DNA of 64,000 bases from an uncultured Gammaproteobacteria bacterium (GTDB lineage: Bacteria > Pseudomonadota > Gammaproteobacteria > UBA9214): assembly GCA_963773065.1 (NCBI GenBank), contig CAVYZN010000009.1, positions 1-64,000 of the forward strand, in the 5' to 3' direction. A program made the translations under genes and the position numbers. The notes under the pieces are model-generated. The model was not told the DNA's origin, did not search any database, and saw only the letters and a list, made by a program, of their open reading frames with translations. Of the stretch, positions 63,447 to 64,000 are shown one piece after another. The number at the start of each line of letters is the position of its first letter. Positions within the stretch are counted from its first letter, which is position 1.

Positions 63447-63803
63447 TCAGGTAGAAATTTCCAGCAGTTCGATTTCGAATATCAGGGTGGCGTTGGGCGG
63501 TATGACGCCACCGGCGCCGCGTGCGCCATAGGCCAGAACGGGTGGGATGACGAGGCGACGGATTCCCCCTACTTGCATGCCCTTGACGCCTTCATCCCAG
63601 CCGGGGATGACGTAGCGGCAATCCAGGGGAAAGCTGAAAGGTTCATCGCGGTCCCGGCTGGAGTCGAACTTGGTGTGATCTTCCAGCCAGCCGGTGTAAT
63701 GGACAATCACGGTCTGGCCTCTGCCCGTGACAGTTTCGCCAGATCCCGGTTTGATATCCTCATAGCGTAAACCGCTGGCGGTGGTGGTTTCAGTCATGGT
63801 CAT
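63447..63803 (-). CDS. FKBP-type peptidyl-prolyl isomerase
   Basis: VHYTGWL, FDSSRDR, VIPGWDEG, IPPNATLIFEIEL. Confidence 0.95.
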   Translation of the reverse strand: MTMTETTTASGLRYEDIKPGSGETVTGRGQTVIVHYTGWLEDHTKFDSSRDRDEPFSFPLDCRYVIPGWDEGVKGMQVGGIRRLVIPPVLAYGARGAGGVIPPNATLIFEIELLEIST

Positions 63804-64000
63804 GTTCCTCCACTGAATCTATGCCGGAATAGTTCAGGGCAAGTGTATTTCCCCGCCGGCTAATGTCCAGTTTCTTCAGAAAAACAATTCCAGGCAGGAC
63901 GAGGTTCCGAGTCAGGCCACGATGGATATCGCCCAACTGTACTCCCTCATGGTTGTTTACGATGCATTCGATGCTGCCATTAACCACAGGGTGACGCTGA
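63790..64000 (-). CDS. possible 3' part of a retropepsin-like aspartyl protease (partial)
   Basis: Weak resemblance only (VQLGDI...FLKKLDI...GNTL.L); cut by the window end. Confidence 0.3.
   Translation of the reverse strand, partial: QRHPVVNGSIECIVNNHEGVQLGDIHRGLTRNLVLPGIVFLKKLDISRRGNTLALNYSGIDSVEEHDHD

Overview
This looks like a gammaproteobacterial chromosomal segment with two halves. Left half (~1-37.2 kb): a mosaic accessory region that ends at an Rci/HP1-type tyrosine integrase next to tRNA-Pro(CGG). It holds many IS remnants (IS3, IS21, IS1182, IS481-like rve elements), a decayed ssrA 3' att fragment, HigBA, dinB, a TetR-mddA module and a FadL porin. It also carries several lipid-modifying genes: a PLD, a pgsA-like/aminotransferase/pgpA operon, and an SGNH/phospholipase C/PhoD/di-haem cytochrome set that shares an upstream palindrome. 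Right half (37.3-64 kb): conserved core genes (ispB, rplU-rpmA-obgE-proB, rpsT, murJ-ribF-ileS-lspA-fkpB-ispH, type IV minor pilins, thiO, Fur/Irr-like, tRNA-Thr, typA, fimT, nadC, FKBP). Best candidates for an undescribed system: (i) a GxxExxY nuclease gene enclosed by 26-bp inverted repeats, with two gene-less copies of the same repeat pair elsewhere in the window; (ii) a three-gene amino-phospholipid operon, possibly making phosphatidylserinol; (iii) a TACGTA-N4-TACGTA regulon. Many frameshifts, including one in essential ileS, suggest indel-prone assembly, so all pseudogene calls are provisional. Family assignments come from recalled motifs, not database searches.
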